Shown: positions 45,144-56,357, numbered from the stretch's first letter. The stretch is DNA of 64,000 nt from Salisapilia sapeloensis CBS 127946 (GCA_023334545.1 JAADVB010000055.1:1-64000), one strand, 5' to 3'. The notes: a model not told the origin generated them from the letters alone. A program made the numbers and translations.

Positions 45144-47668
45144 CTATTCTAACCTTTCGATTGCTTCCTTCATCTCATTTGCAAACGTATCCAACGACTT
45201 GGTGCCGTGCACCTGATTGTCTCTTGTACGCACATTCACTTCCTTTTGCTCTCGCTCGCGATCACCGACCACCAGTATGTAGTTGTATCCACTGAGCTGA
45301 GCTTCTCGCACCCGCTTGTTCAGCGTCTTGCTACCTGCCTGTACGTCCACATAGACTTCTCCTAGCTTATCTAGAAGCGTCTGCTGTACTTGATGTGCGT
45401 ACTCGGCATGGTTTTCCGAAATGGGCAGGACGGCGACTTGGCGCGGACTCAACCACAGCGGCCACTTGCCTCCAGTGTGCTCGATCAGAATCGCCATCAT
45501 GCGTTCGACGGAGCCCAGGACAGCTCGATGGACGATAATGGGCGTGTGCTCCTGTCCATCTGCTCCGTCATAGGTAAGCCCAAAGTTACGCGGCAGTTGG
45601 AAGTCGAGTTGAATGGTACCGCACTGATGCTTGCGTTGGAGCGCATCTGTGACAGCGACATCGATTTTAGGACCGTAGAAAGCACCGTCTCCAGCGTTTA
45701 GCTTCCACGGCGCACCAAATTCTGTTAGAGCTTGCTTCAGTTGCGTCTCAGCGTCATCCCACGTCTCGACGTCACCCATGAACTGGTCCGGTCGGGTGGA
45801 AAGCCTCAGCTCGAATTCGAAACCAAAGACGCCGTAGACGTGCTGAATAAAGTCTAGACACTGCCGAATTTCCTCCTGCACCTGGTCCGACCGACAGAAG
45901 ATGTGGGCATCATCCTGGTGGAATCGACGGACGCGTGTGAGACCTGTAAGCGCACCAGACGCTTCGTTCCGGTGTAAGGCGGAGAAATCTGCCAGTCGCA
46001 CTGGAAGCTCTCGGTAGCTGTAGCTCTTGCTCTCTTTAAACAAAAGACAGTGACCAGGACAGTTCATGGGTTTGAGGCCGAATCCCTCTGCGTCCGAGTG
46101 GTCGTGGACGACACCTTGAGAGACCATGAACATGTCATCCTGGTAGTTTTGTAGATGACCTGACGTCTCCCACAGTTCCTTTTTAAAGATCAATGGCGTA
46201 ATTACTTCCTCATATCCTCGCTTCTTGTACTGGTTTCGGATGAAAGTGGTCAGTTTATTAAACACACGTGTGCCGTGCGGTAGGAAGAAAGATGATCCAG
46301 GACTGAGCTGATGGAAGAGGAAGAGACCTTGGTTTTTCCCGATGATGCGATGGTCTCGCTTCCGAGCCTCTTCCTGCAGGTGATTGTACTCTTTCAACTC
46401 CGACTTGGACGGGAATGAGATGCCGTAGACACGCTGGAGAAGTTCTTCCCCGTCCTTCCAGTGAGAAGCGCCGCAACGAGTGATGTCAAACGCAGTCAAG
46501 GCACCTGGCAAAAAGATATACTTGTTAGAGACGAGGAAAGAAAAGAGAAGGATAAATTGTCTGTCCAAGTGTAGCTCATCGGTACCATTACCAAGTACGA
46601 GAGATGTTCTTAAGACATATTCATGTAGGGTAGTGGTCACTGGGCATGAGAGCGAGTGGTAGCTGGGTGTAGCTGCTCTCCTGCCCGAAAAGCATGCTCA
46701 TAAGAACAGCACACCTCCCCAATAGTAGATCTCTGCACATGAATTACCTGTATGAGGGACGTGAGGTCCTCTGCACAAGTCAATAAAAGGACCACAACGG
46801 TACAAAGTGACTTCTTCATCTTCCGGAATATTGTCCAGCATCTCTCGCTTGAAGGATGAGTAGGCAAATATTTCTCGAGCAAAGTCCCGTGAGACGAGGA
46901 GTCTCTCAAAAGGCTGCCTAGCCTTGACAATCCGCTTCATCTCCTTTTGAATAGCTGGAAAATCTGTTTCAGATACTGTCCGGCCGTCTTGAAGGAACAT
47001 TTCGTAGAAGAAACCGCCTTCCTCGAGGGCAGGACCATCACATAGCCGAACTTTGTCGCCATAATACGCCTCCAATGCCTATTACATGTCAAACGAAAGA
47101 GTTAATGGCCATTAAAACTCAGGATACAATCAATAAAGCAAGATACCTGTCCGAGAACGTGTGCTGATGAGTGCCAAAATACGTGCTTTCCCTCGTCGCT
47201 CGAGAAGCTGCCATCAAGTAATAAAGTAGCACGTTAGGCATCAAAAGTATTGGTGGCCTCAGTATGAAGCCAATAGTGGCAACGAATCGTAGGAGCTTGT
47301 ACTTACTCGAGCAGCTCAATGTCGGATGATGCTTGGAGTGGCCGATTGAGATCGACAATGTGCCTTCCGTCCACCTTGGCAGCTACTGCTTGGAACTTTG
47401 GAAGACCATTTTCTCGCATACGTGACAGGATGTCAATCGGAGTGCTCTCATTAGCCTCCCCAGTGAAATTAAATGCTTCGGATGCGTTAGGAGCATGGAC
47501 ACGCAACTCAATTGGTCCTGCATTGGTACTCTGAAGCAGTTGCTGCTGCTGCCTTGCAACTTCTTTTTCCCACAAACTGATACGGCTATTCGCAAATGTA
47601 GTTAGACATCGGGAAACGCGTCCTGTTTGGAGCACACGCCTCCGAAGTGCCACTGCAAGCTGCTGCAT
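45144..47668 (-). CDS. TARS2: Threonyl-tRNA synthetase, probably mitochondrial (spliced)
   Basis: Arg-rich leader MQQLAVALRRRVLQ, TGS domain, FWHSSAHVLGQ, DLCRGPH, LQRVYGISFP, KPMNCPGHC, RFHQDDAHIF, QCGTIQLDF and HRAVLGSVER. Confidence 0.93.
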
Positions 47669-47800
47669 GCCAGATCGGGAATTGTTTGTCAAAGTTGTTG
47701 TCTCCACATATCATTTTCATCAATCATAGGCCTTCTGGAGGAATAATAGCCAATTGGAATCGACACGAGAACGAAAGTACGTACACCAAAACTGGAGCCG

Positions 47801-49483
47801 ATGAGTGAAGCGAATGAGGATAAAGACACAGGTGACTTTGCCATCTACAACCCACTCAAACACATCCGGAAGCGTCCTCAATACGGTAGGCTTCCTAGCA
47901 TTTCAAACTAGATGTGACAGTAGTGTAAATGAACCTAGTGACACCGTACTGATGGCTACATGAACAGTGACACTGTCGTCCTCGTCCTCGTCTTCAGACG
48001 ACGAGTCAGACTTAAATAGTCAGACCCCACCGAAGAGCCGAAGGCAAAGCTGGAAGAGAAGCAAAACAGAGGAGGTGCATGTCGTAGATGATACTACTTC
48101 TAGCGCCACTTCCAACGATCAGAACCCTGGCACAGGTACTTTTGACGGCATGGACGTTGATAGATACGTCGTAACATGTACCACTTGTGTAGTAGTACTG
48201 GATGAAGAAGGAGACTCGGTATTCACAGCTGACAATATCTACACGGAGGAAGAGCGGGAAGAGGAGCGGAGGCGACTGGAAAGGGAGGAGCGTGAAATTC
48301 AGAAAACGCTGTCGCAAGACAAACTCTTGAACCAGACCAAGTCCATCATCGACAAGTACAAGACGACTCAGACGGTAGTGGCAGGTGACGAAAGCTCTGA
48401 TTCGGATGGGTTTGAGGTGGTCGACGCGCCAGCAGAGGAAACTCTAGCAGCACCAAAGGTAGAAAAGGAACCAGTGGTATCAGTAGCTCGTCTCGGAGAA
48501 AGACTCACCATTTCCGTTCGGGCTAATGGAGACGACAGCAAGAAGGACGAGTTGGACATTTACAAGGTACATATTATTAGGGCGCAGGACTGTATGAACG
48601 AAAGCTGACGAGCTTGCGACTGTAGAAGCAAACGTTTGACATGCTGTACCAAAGCTATTGTGAACTGCATGGTCTGCCTCGATCAGCTGTATTGATGAGT
48701 TTTGATGGCGTGCCTCTGAACATGAATAGCACGCCGGAAGACGAAGACATGGAAGCAGGAGACTTGGTGGAAGCCAAGGCCAACTTTTCGCTTGCCAGTA
48801 GTAAGTCGAAGAAGACGTTTGTCCGACTGAAAGTGGTGGTCAAAGGCAGAAGACCAGAGTACTTTAAGATTGACGAGGTATACACTAGTGACGATCTTGT
48901 AGCGTTATCGGAACCAATGGGTTGAGTAGAAACTGCCGATGGAGAAACTACGGGCGGCCTTTTGCAAGAAACACAGCATCGACCGAGTAGACAAGGTGGA
49001 ACTGGAGTTGCTTGGCGATCCGATGGAGATGTCGAGAAGCATTGCGTCCTACAAATTTGAGCCGGAGGACGAGATCAATGTCAAGCTGGCAGACGGCGTC
49101 GAGATCACAGAGAGGCCGAGGACATTAGAGGGGAAAGCGAAGAAGGAAGAGGGAATGGTATCAATCACACTCCGCTTCCCAGATGGCAAAAAAGAGCAGC
49201 ATTATATACGTCGTGTACGTTTACATACGCTTGAAGGTCATTGAGGCACTGATAGATGGTGTGTAGGAGTGGAAGGTGGATGTATTGATGGAAAAGGTGG
49301 CGAATGCAAGAGGCGTGCCGGCATACAAAGTAGAGTTGTCCCTCGACACCGAGTTCCTATCATCCGTCGACAGCTTCGAGGTACATGATCTCGTACGTAC
49401 TACGTCATTACATGTACGTGACTCTGGTGTAGGAGTATGAGCTCGCAGAGGGGGAAGTGCTAAGTGTGAAGATTTTGCCTTGA
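47801..49483 (+). CDS. Rad60/Esc2/NIP45-like protein with three SUMO-like domains (spliced)
   Basis: Acidic, SIM-like N-terminus (EEVHVVDD, GFEVVD), then three ubiquitin-fold segments, e.g. MLYQSYCELHGLPRSAVLMSFDGVPLNMNSTPEDEDMEAGDLVE. Confidence 0.72.
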
Positions 49484-49541
49484 CCATGTGCACCGCCCAC
49501 TCATCTACACTTTTTCCTTTCTTCCTACCCTCCACTACATT

Positions 49542-50468
49542 TTACACTTGGACAAGACTCGGCTGGTTCGTGGAGCTGATCCAGGCGTTCTGGTCTTGAC
49601 ACTTTTCCTTGAGTCGCGAAAGCAGTCCGATGATACCAAGAGCGAGGAGGTGGGAGATAAGGATACCGCTGTACCAGATAGGAGCCCAGGGCGTATTGAG
49701 CTGCAGAAACGGATACGGCCAGAAGCCTCGGGCGATCGTGCCGTGGAGTATCCACGTGAAGACAGCGTAGGAAGTGGGCCAGGCGATGATGAGTGGGAGG
49801 ACGTCCTTGGAGACTGTGTGGTTGGAGAGCCAAAAGTCGATCTGGAGGAGCAGGATATTACCGCCGTGTTGAATGTAGCTAACCCAATTCAGAATCTTCT
49901 CTTGCGTCTTTGTGTGTTTCGCATACGGGTACAGGATGGTCCATACGACGACGCAGATGAGAATAGAGGCAGCGAGGCTCATGTCCAAGAGGAGAGCCGT
50001 TCGGAAGCCTCGTTTCTTCTCATATAGTGTCCACCTCTCGGAGGATTTTAAAAGTGGTTCAGTCGACTCGACCTTTTGCTTTTGCTGCTTCTTGACTTGG
50101 TAATGCTTGTACGTGTGGATGGTTGCGAGGAAGAAGTAGGCGCCTTGGAGCATAAAGTTCCAGCTAGTGTAAAACGCAAAGCAGAGGCCGTTGGTGCGGT
50201 GAGCGTCGTAGAGCTGGACAAAGCAGTAGAACAAAAAGACAGCGCCACGGTAGCCTACGAGGAACGAAAGGGAACACCAGCTTCTTGGTGTCAAGTACGG
50301 AGCTTCGTGCGATGAGGAAGATGTCTTGAGCGCCAATTCGGATTGGCTCGTCCTCCACCTGTACAAATAGATGGAAAAGGCAAAGACGAGGACCATTTCG
50401 CATCCTACCACCGTAGCTTCCCATGTCCAATGGACTGGTTCGCCTACTTGAACTAGCTCGTCATACAT
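49542..50468 (-). CDS. Rolling-stone/FAR-17a-AIG1-like multi-pass membrane protein
   Basis: About 7 TM segments with FAFYTSWNFMLQ, SYIQHGGN and WPYPFLQL motifs. Confidence 0.7.
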   Translation of the reverse strand: MYDELVQVGEPVHWTWEATVVGCEMVLVFAFSIYLYRWRTSQSELALKTSSSSHEAPYLTPRSWCSLSFLVGYRGAVFLFYCFVQLYDAHRTNGLCFAFYTSWNFMLQGAYFFLATIHTYKHYQVKKQQKQKVESTEPLLKSSERWTLYEKKRGFRTALLLDMSLAASILICVVVWTILYPYAKHTKTQEKILNWVSYIQHGGNILLLQIDFWLSNHTVSKDVLPLIIAWPTSYAVFTWILHGTIARGFWPYPFLQLNTPWAPIWYSGILISHLLALGIIGLLSRLKEKCQDQNAWISSTNQPSLVQV

Positions 50469-50596
50469 CAGAGTAGCGAAATGGAGTGAGAAGAAGGATA
50501 AGCTATTTAGGCCAATCCTGAATCTTCATAGGGTATTTTATCCAATAAATGATAACCGTTGACTTCTAAGCGACATATCTACTGACAGAGGTCGAC

Positions 50597-52636
50597 ATGA
50601 CGGAGCGCTCGTTGAGATACATCGACATTGGAGTGAACCTGACAAATGGACGCTTTCGTAAAGACCTGTCGCAAGTGATTCGGAGAGCAGAGGAGGCTGG
50701 AGTCGAAGCGATTATCATTACAGGCACTAGTTTGACCGAGAGTCGGAAAGCGCTGGAGCTAGTCGATGCGTATCAAGGAAAAACCACTGTGAAGCTATTC
50801 ACAACCGTCGGTGTGCATCCTCACGACGCAAAAGGATTTAATACTGAATCGACAGTTGCTGAAATGAAAGCCCTGGTCGAAAAGTATCCTGGTGCAGTAG
50901 CTGCCATTGGCGAATGCGGACTGGATTTCAATCGAGATTACTCTCCTCGAGATGCTCAGAAACAAGCTTTTCACTCCCAACTGGAACTGGCATGCGAGCT
51001 ACAGCTTCCTTTATTTGTGCACGAGAGGGAAGCCCACGATGCTCTCCGTTCAGTCTTAGAACCGTTCGTAAAAAGCGGAAGATTGCCTCCTTTGGTGGTG
51101 CACTGTTTTACTGGCACAGCAGCAGAGATGGACAAGTACATCTCAATGGGATTTTACATTGGTATCACAGGATTTGTTTGTATGGACGGAAGGGGTCATG
51201 CACTACGTACTATGGTCTCGCGACTGCCGGTAGAAAAACTCATGGTCGAAACCGATGCTCCGTTCATGTGCCCATACCCAAGTCATGGCGGTCGTAAGCC
51301 TAGGTGTGAGCCAAAGGATGTCGTATCGGTTGTGTCAACACTGGCTGAATGCATGGGAACGACAGTAGAGCAGCTAAGTCGAATCACAACGCAGAACGCA
51401 AATCGTTTCTTCCGTCTACAAGATAAACGAAAGGAAGCAGCTAGCAAGACTGCCAGTAAAAAGTCAAGAGAGCAAAAGATGCAAGTTGAAGAGGCTATGA
51501 AAGTGAATGGCGGGAGTGGAGAAGGTGGAGGACAAGTGCTCCGGATTTCGACAGCAGTGGCAGCCGTGACAGGGCAGAATATACACATTGAACAAATTCG
51601 AAGCAACCGACCTACGCCTGGACTTCGCAATCAGCACATCCAGACACTAAAACTTGTGGACGCTTTGACAGGTAGTGGGCACCTTCGAGGCAATACTCTC
51701 GGGTCCAGCGAAGTGGCATTCGAAGGCAAGTACGCTGTCTGCGAGCAAAAGACGGTGCGAGCAACGTCTGCTACGAATGGAAGTGTCTCGCTTATGCTTC
51801 AAGGTGCTTTGCCCATTGCTTTTCTGTCGACTGGAAAGGAGCCGACAAAGCTCCGACTTCAGGGAGGAACGCACGTGGGTTTTAGTCCTCCAATCGACTT
51901 TATGCAGCACCCTTTTATGACCTTACTCGATCGGTTGGGGTGCAAGGCAGATATACAAGTGAATAAGAGAGGCTTCTTTAGAGGACGCACGGGTGACGTG
52001 CAGGTAAATGTTGAGCCAGCACCAAAAGGTTTTAATGTTGTTGACATCAGCACGTCATCACGCGATGTTGTCCGAGTCTTCACAAAGGTCACTGTCCATG
52101 GTCCGACAGCGAATGATACTTTTGCTACGCATATGACAGAAGTGCTAGAGAAGGTTTATCGAAAGCAGCTCCAGGTGAATAGTCAAATGGAATGGGAGAC
52201 GGTCGTGGATAAAGTATCCCAAAGCTCGAAGCGAGGCAAGCAGCAAGATAAGGGTGGTCGTCAAAACGATCGAAATGAAGTTTCCGTCATGACCATGGTG
52301 GAGACACAGACTGGAGGAATTCTGTCCGCGGATGAAACTAGTAAGAAGTCTCCGTCATCGATAGCGTCCATTCTTTCCCAAAAACTTCATGCCCTGCTGC
52401 AATCTGGAGCTTGTGTAGATGAACATCTCGCAGACAATGCAGTAATCTACATGGCGTTAGCGAATGGCAATTCTAAGCTAAAGGTACCAGGCAATAAGCA
52501 TCGTCGATCGAAGCACCTGGAGACTGCAATTACGGTACTAAAACAGCTAACAAATGCGAACATCCAGTTGACAGAAGAGGCGAGTGGAGAAGCTGCACTG
52601 TTAGAAGTACAGGGTATCGGCCTTGGTGCCAAGTAA
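50597..52636 (+). CDS. TatD nuclease - RNA 3'-terminal phosphate cyclase (RtcA) fusion, 679 aa
   Basis: TatD motifs: IDIGVN, GVHPHD, IGECGLDF, FVHEREAH, VHCFTG, VETDAPF. After a Lys-rich linker, RTC motifs: GEGGGQVLR, RSNRPTPGLRNQH, GSVSLMLQ, GGTHVGFSPPIDF, VDEHLADN, SKHLETAI. One ORF with no intron required. Confidence 0.92.
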   Translation: MTERSLRYIDIGVNLTNGRFRKDLSQVIRRAEEAGVEAIIITGTSLTESRKALELVDAYQGKTTVKLFTTVGVHPHDAKGFNTESTVAEMKALVEKYPGAVAAIGECGLDFNRDYSPRDAQKQAFHSQLELACELQLPLFVHEREAHDALRSVLEPFVKSGRLPPLVVHCFTGTAAEMDKYISMGFYIGITGFVCMDGRGHALRTMVSRLPVEKLMVETDAPFMCPYPSHGGRKPRCEPKDVVSVVSTLAECMGTTVEQLSRITTQNANRFFRLQDKRKEAASKTASKKSREQKMQVEEAMKVNGGSGEGGGQVLRISTAVAAVTGQNIHIEQIRSNRPTPGLRNQHIQTLKLVDALTGSGHLRGNTLGSSEVAFEGKYAVCEQKTVRATSATNGSVSLMLQGALPIAFLSTGKEPTKLRLQGGTHVGFSPPIDFMQHPFMTLLDRLGCKADIQVNKRGFFRGRTGDVQVNVEPAPKGFNVVDISTSSRDVVRVFTKVTVHGPTANDTFATHMTEVLEKVYRKQLQVNSQMEWETVVDKVSQSSKRGKQQDKGGRQNDRNEVSVMTMVETQTGGILSADETSKKSPSSIASILSQKLHALLQSGACVDEHLADNAVIYMALANGNSKLKVPGNKHRRSKHLETAITVLKQLTNANIQLTEEASGEAALLEVQGIGLGAK

Positions 52637-52688
52637 GGATGCACTTGAAACCAAGATTTAACTGGTTGGAAATACTTTCACTATTACT

Positions 52689-54062
52689 TTAAGTTTGGGA
52701 ATAAAAGCGTTTATCCTGTCGTCTAGCAAAAACAAGACTAGCGACCAAGGAGATACACCCGAGGACGGCACTGAGTAGAAAGAAGGGGACATAGCATTCA
52801 CTTCCGTAGCACTTTTCTTCCCCATCTACAGTCCGCGCAGAGCTTTCGTATATGAAACTAGCGATTGGGCTGAAGAAGAGAGGGAAGCCGGATGCGGTGG
52901 CTAGTCCGATGAGACCAAAGTTGAAGCCAAGGTGCTTGGCACCGAAAGTCTCGCGTACCAGGACTGGGTAACAGGCAAACATGATGCCGTCGACTAGACC
53001 TGCTATTATGATGGGTATCACGAGGAAGGACGGAGGAAGCATGATAAATAGCGTGAATAGCACAATGAGCAGCATGCTTGCTCCACTGATGTAGTATACG
53101 CGTGAAAAGGTAGACAGAAAGTAGTCGGAGACAGCACCTGTGACTAGCTTGGACGTGCAATTTGCGACCGAGAACAAAGCAACCATCGTTGGCACCTGGT
53201 ATATCGGACCTCCAAGCGACTCGACAATGAACGGGATGTTAGAAAGTATAAAATTACTTGCGCCGACGACGACGAAGACCATGATAAAGAGCATCCAGAA
53301 TTGGCTATCCTTGAGCAATTCAGTCCCTGTAACATCTCTTTCAATGATCGTCTGTGTGTCAATATGGTCTTGCGCAAGCGTAGTTTGCTGAGCGTTGGAA
53401 GTACATTGTGGACTCTGCTGGTGTAGGAGTGGAACGGCTTCTTCCTCTATACTTATGAACTCTGGCTGATCTCCACGATACAGTGCAAACCAGGCAAATA
53501 GCGATACCAAGGTGAAAAGGATGCCTTGGAACTGAAAGAACTGCACTAGCTCATGTTCAAAGTACGTCGAATAGATGACGGCAAAGGATGCTCCTCCGAT
53601 GCTGAAGGTAGCGAATCCAAGCGAAATGACCTTTGCTCGATGTTGTGCACCAAAGAGTCCTTCGTTGACGGATAGTGCTGCCAAGTTATTAAAATTGGCT
53701 GCTTGACCCACGAAAAAGAAGATAGATCCGACGATCCAAGCTGGCATCTGATTCGGAGCGTTGGCGATACCGTAGGATAGTATCGGGAAAAGGGAACCTA
53801 GCACGACAGCGGCAGATAGACAGCTCTTATACGGCCCGATTCGATCAAATAGGTACCCTGGGAGGATGGACAGGTAAGTACCTAGCGACAAGAGAGATAG
53901 CACGACCGAAATGTCGGCGTGCGAGTAGGCTAGCGTCGACTTGAGCTGTGCGTCCCAGGAGGACACAGCATGTATGGAGCCAGCACAAAAGTAGGTGCAT
54001 GCCCCTGCAAAGACACTCATATAGCGCCGAAATGCATCACTTTCCCTCGATGCAGCCTTCAT
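52689..54062 (-). CDS. MFS transporter, nodulin-like/Mch1 family (paralog 1)
   Basis: 12-TM pattern, PGYLFDRIG, GAVSDYF, FGAKHLGFNFG and C-terminal CYGSECY. Confidence 0.88.
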   Translation of the reverse strand: MKAASRESDAFRRYMSVFAGACTYFCAGSIHAVSSWDAQLKSTLAYSHADISVVLSLLSLGTYLSILPGYLFDRIGPYKSCLSAAVVLGSLFPILSYGIANAPNQMPAWIVGSIFFFVGQAANFNNLAALSVNEGLFGAQHRAKVISLGFATFSIGGASFAVIYSTYFEHELVQFFQFQGILFTLVSLFAWFALYRGDQPEFISIEEEAVPLLHQQSPQCTSNAQQTTLAQDHIDTQTIIERDVTGTELLKDSQFWMLFIMVFVVVGASNFILSNIPFIVESLGGPIYQVPTMVALFSVANCTSKLVTGAVSDYFLSTFSRVYYISGASMLLIVLFTLFIMLPPSFLVIPIIIAGLVDGIMFACYPVLVRETFGAKHLGFNFGLIGLATASGFPLFFSPIASFIYESSARTVDGEEKCYGSECYVPFFLLSAVLGCISLVASLVFARRQDKRFYSQT

Positions 54063-54635
54063 CTGATGTCGGAATGGAATGCGACACCTGTGTTGAGGTG
54101 ATGTGCATCGATCTTCGAAAGTTGTGTCGTTGCACTGCGATGTGCAAAGCAAATTAAACGAGAGCGGAAGCCTGATGAATGTAGTCGTCCGAGTCTTTAT
54201 GCCATCATGTATCCTGTGCTATCTCTTCCCACGTGGCGTAGAACAATTGCACAAGTGAACCTAGCATCCCATCCAATTCGAATTTGCGTTTTTATAGTAT
54301 GGCTGCGACGATACGGTCGCAAGGTCGTTACTAGTGTTTTCTATCGACCTGTTCTACCCAGTATGAGGCATCCATGGTGCGCACGCAAGTAGTCGAGTTA
54401 GTCGGAAGAACACGCACCAACGAGTTCACTTCCGACGGTATTGTGCCATTGCGAGTACTGGTGTCGATCGCCGTCCTCGACCAGTTACCTAGATACTAAT
54501 CCTAGCGCAGCGGACGACAGCTGCGCCCAGCTGTCACTTTCTCCACTTACGATTGACCTGGCTTCCTGTCAGAGCCTAGAAGAAGAAGTGCACGAACTAG
54601 ACACGCTACGTTTTACTCGACAATAGGTCAGCAGG

Positions 54636-56357
54636 ATGATCGTGTCGCGCGTGGCAGCAGCGTGTGCGGCGACGAGTTTGCTCTCATTCCTGACGACGAC
54701 GGATGCTGCGTACTCGAACGACTACGAGTACGATGGCAAGACGGTCTACTGCGTTTGGATGGACCAAGGCATGGGTGTCACGTCTTTGGACACGAGCTAC
54801 ATCCATGCCTCGGGTAGCGGAAGCGAATGTCCGCTCGCGCTTACGATTAAGCAGGAGAACTCGGGCGTTATCAATGCTGGCGAACCCATTTCCTACAGTT
54901 TCGAAGCTACACTTTCCATGGACGACAATGTCTTCGACATGACAGGACTCCAGGCGACTGTGACGGACCCGACGACTCGAAGGCCGGTGCAGATTGGGCA
55001 TGCGAATGTCCACGCGTGTGACCAAGGCACGATCTGTGACATCTTTACGGACGGAGCCAACAGGAAGATTTCGCCGCAGGAAACGTCTAATTTCACAGCT
55101 TCCGGTAAAGCTGATTTCTCCCAAGAGCTGACGTTTGATGAGGACGGGGACTACAACATCTTTGCCCATATTATCCTTCCTCCGGTCGATCCGAACGAGG
55201 AAGCATATCACTTTATGACGTTCACAAAGGCAACGGTTGGCGCTGGAGAGACAACGACCACCAATGCCGATTCAGGGGAAGATGGAGAGGCTAGCCACGC
55301 AGCCATGATCGGTGTCATCGTTGCAGCTGCGGTGGTCCTGTTAGCGCTAGTAGCGTTCGTACTGCACCGACGAAAGAAGAAGACAGAGGAGTATGTAGAA
55401 CCGAGAGGACCGAACGGAGAATTGTACGATGGTTCGGCGTACGCTCAGTCGAGTGTGACAAAGCCCACGCAGAGCGTGCCGGACTGGGGAAGCGGAGGTA
55501 CTCACACGCAAGATTTCGCTACCTTCCACATGCCGCAGTCCAACTTCTCCAATACGTCTAATCCGGCGTGGGAACAGAACCAGCAGCCTCCAGGTCTAAG
55601 CGCGAGTGCACTCACGTTCGACTACAACGCCCAGACCGTTCGTAGTGCGAGCCAATGGGAGAGTCAGCGAACGCTTTTCAGTAATCCGGAAGAGGAAAGA
55701 AGATCGAGTTTCCCCAAGAGACGAGCGTCGTCTGGCCAGTCCGACGACACGATCAGTCAGAGAGGAGGCTCGTACTTTTTGGAAGCGCATCAGGATGACC
55801 CTCGCGTGCCGCCGTTTGATTACCACACGCTCGGTACGATGGACGAGTCGTCTGATGCCCGATTCCGAAACGATTCCGATGCGACTGTACCTCCGGAAGC
55901 ATTCGACAGCCGTCATCAAAAGTACTCAAAGAACCATGACGGAGACATGTTCGAGTCGGACTCGGATCTCACGTATACGTTCGACAGCCAGAATGCCATG
56001 CCGATGCCCAAGCAGAACTACGCACCTGGCTACAAGACGGACATTCCTTCGCCCATGGACTCGGAAGTCTACAAGACTAACATGTACAGCCATCCGGAAG
56101 ACCGTTTGTCCGACTCGACGGCGAACACCAACTACTTCAACGAGTCGCAGTTCGCGGCGAGTGACATTCGAAGCACTGCAGAATACTCTCGTGGCACCAA
56201 TGCACGACGAGGCTCGGAAGAGTCGTATGCGTCGGACGCCACCTTTGACTTTACGAACGAGATCAAGGACAACGCTGCTTCCATGCACGGACCTAGCCGA
56301 GCCAAGAACCCTCGATTCGCACCTCATGCTTCCGACCCTGACAACTACGAGTTTTAA
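54636..56357 (+). CDS. Type I single-pass membrane protein (signal peptide, Cys-containing ectodomain, long disordered cytoplasmic tail), paralog A
   Basis: Leader MIVSRVAAACAATSLLSFLTTTDA; TM MIGVIVAAAVVLLALVAFVL followed by HRRKKK. Confidence 0.8.
   Translation: MIVSRVAAACAATSLLSFLTTTDAAYSNDYEYDGKTVYCVWMDQGMGVTSLDTSYIHASGSGSECPLALTIKQENSGVINAGEPISYSFEATLSMDDNVFDMTGLQATVTDPTTRRPVQIGHANVHACDQGTICDIFTDGANRKISPQETSNFTASGKADFSQELTFDEDGDYNIFAHIILPPVDPNEEAYHFMTFTKATVGAGETTTTNADSGEDGEASHAAMIGVIVAAAVVLLALVAFVLHRRKKKTEEYVEPRGPNGELYDGSAYAQSSVTKPTQSVPDWGSGGTHTQDFATFHMPQSNFSNTSNPAWEQNQQPPGLSASALTFDYNAQTVRSASQWESQRTLFSNPEEERRSSFPKRRASSGQSDDTISQRGGSYFLEAHQDDPRVPPFDYHTLGTMDESSDARFRNDSDATVPPEAFDSRHQKYSKNHDGDMFESDSDLTYTFDSQNAMPMPKQNYAPGYKTDIPSPMDSEVYKTNMYSHPEDRLSDSTANTNYFNESQFAASDIRSTAEYSRGTNARRGSEESYASDATFDFTNEIKDNAASMHGPSRAKNPRFAPHASDPDNYEF

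Noticed and set aside
51490-52636. RTC domain as Rcl1 (ribosome biogenesis)
   Set aside because: It keeps the class-I RtcA motifs, including the adenylated His, which Rcl1 lacks.
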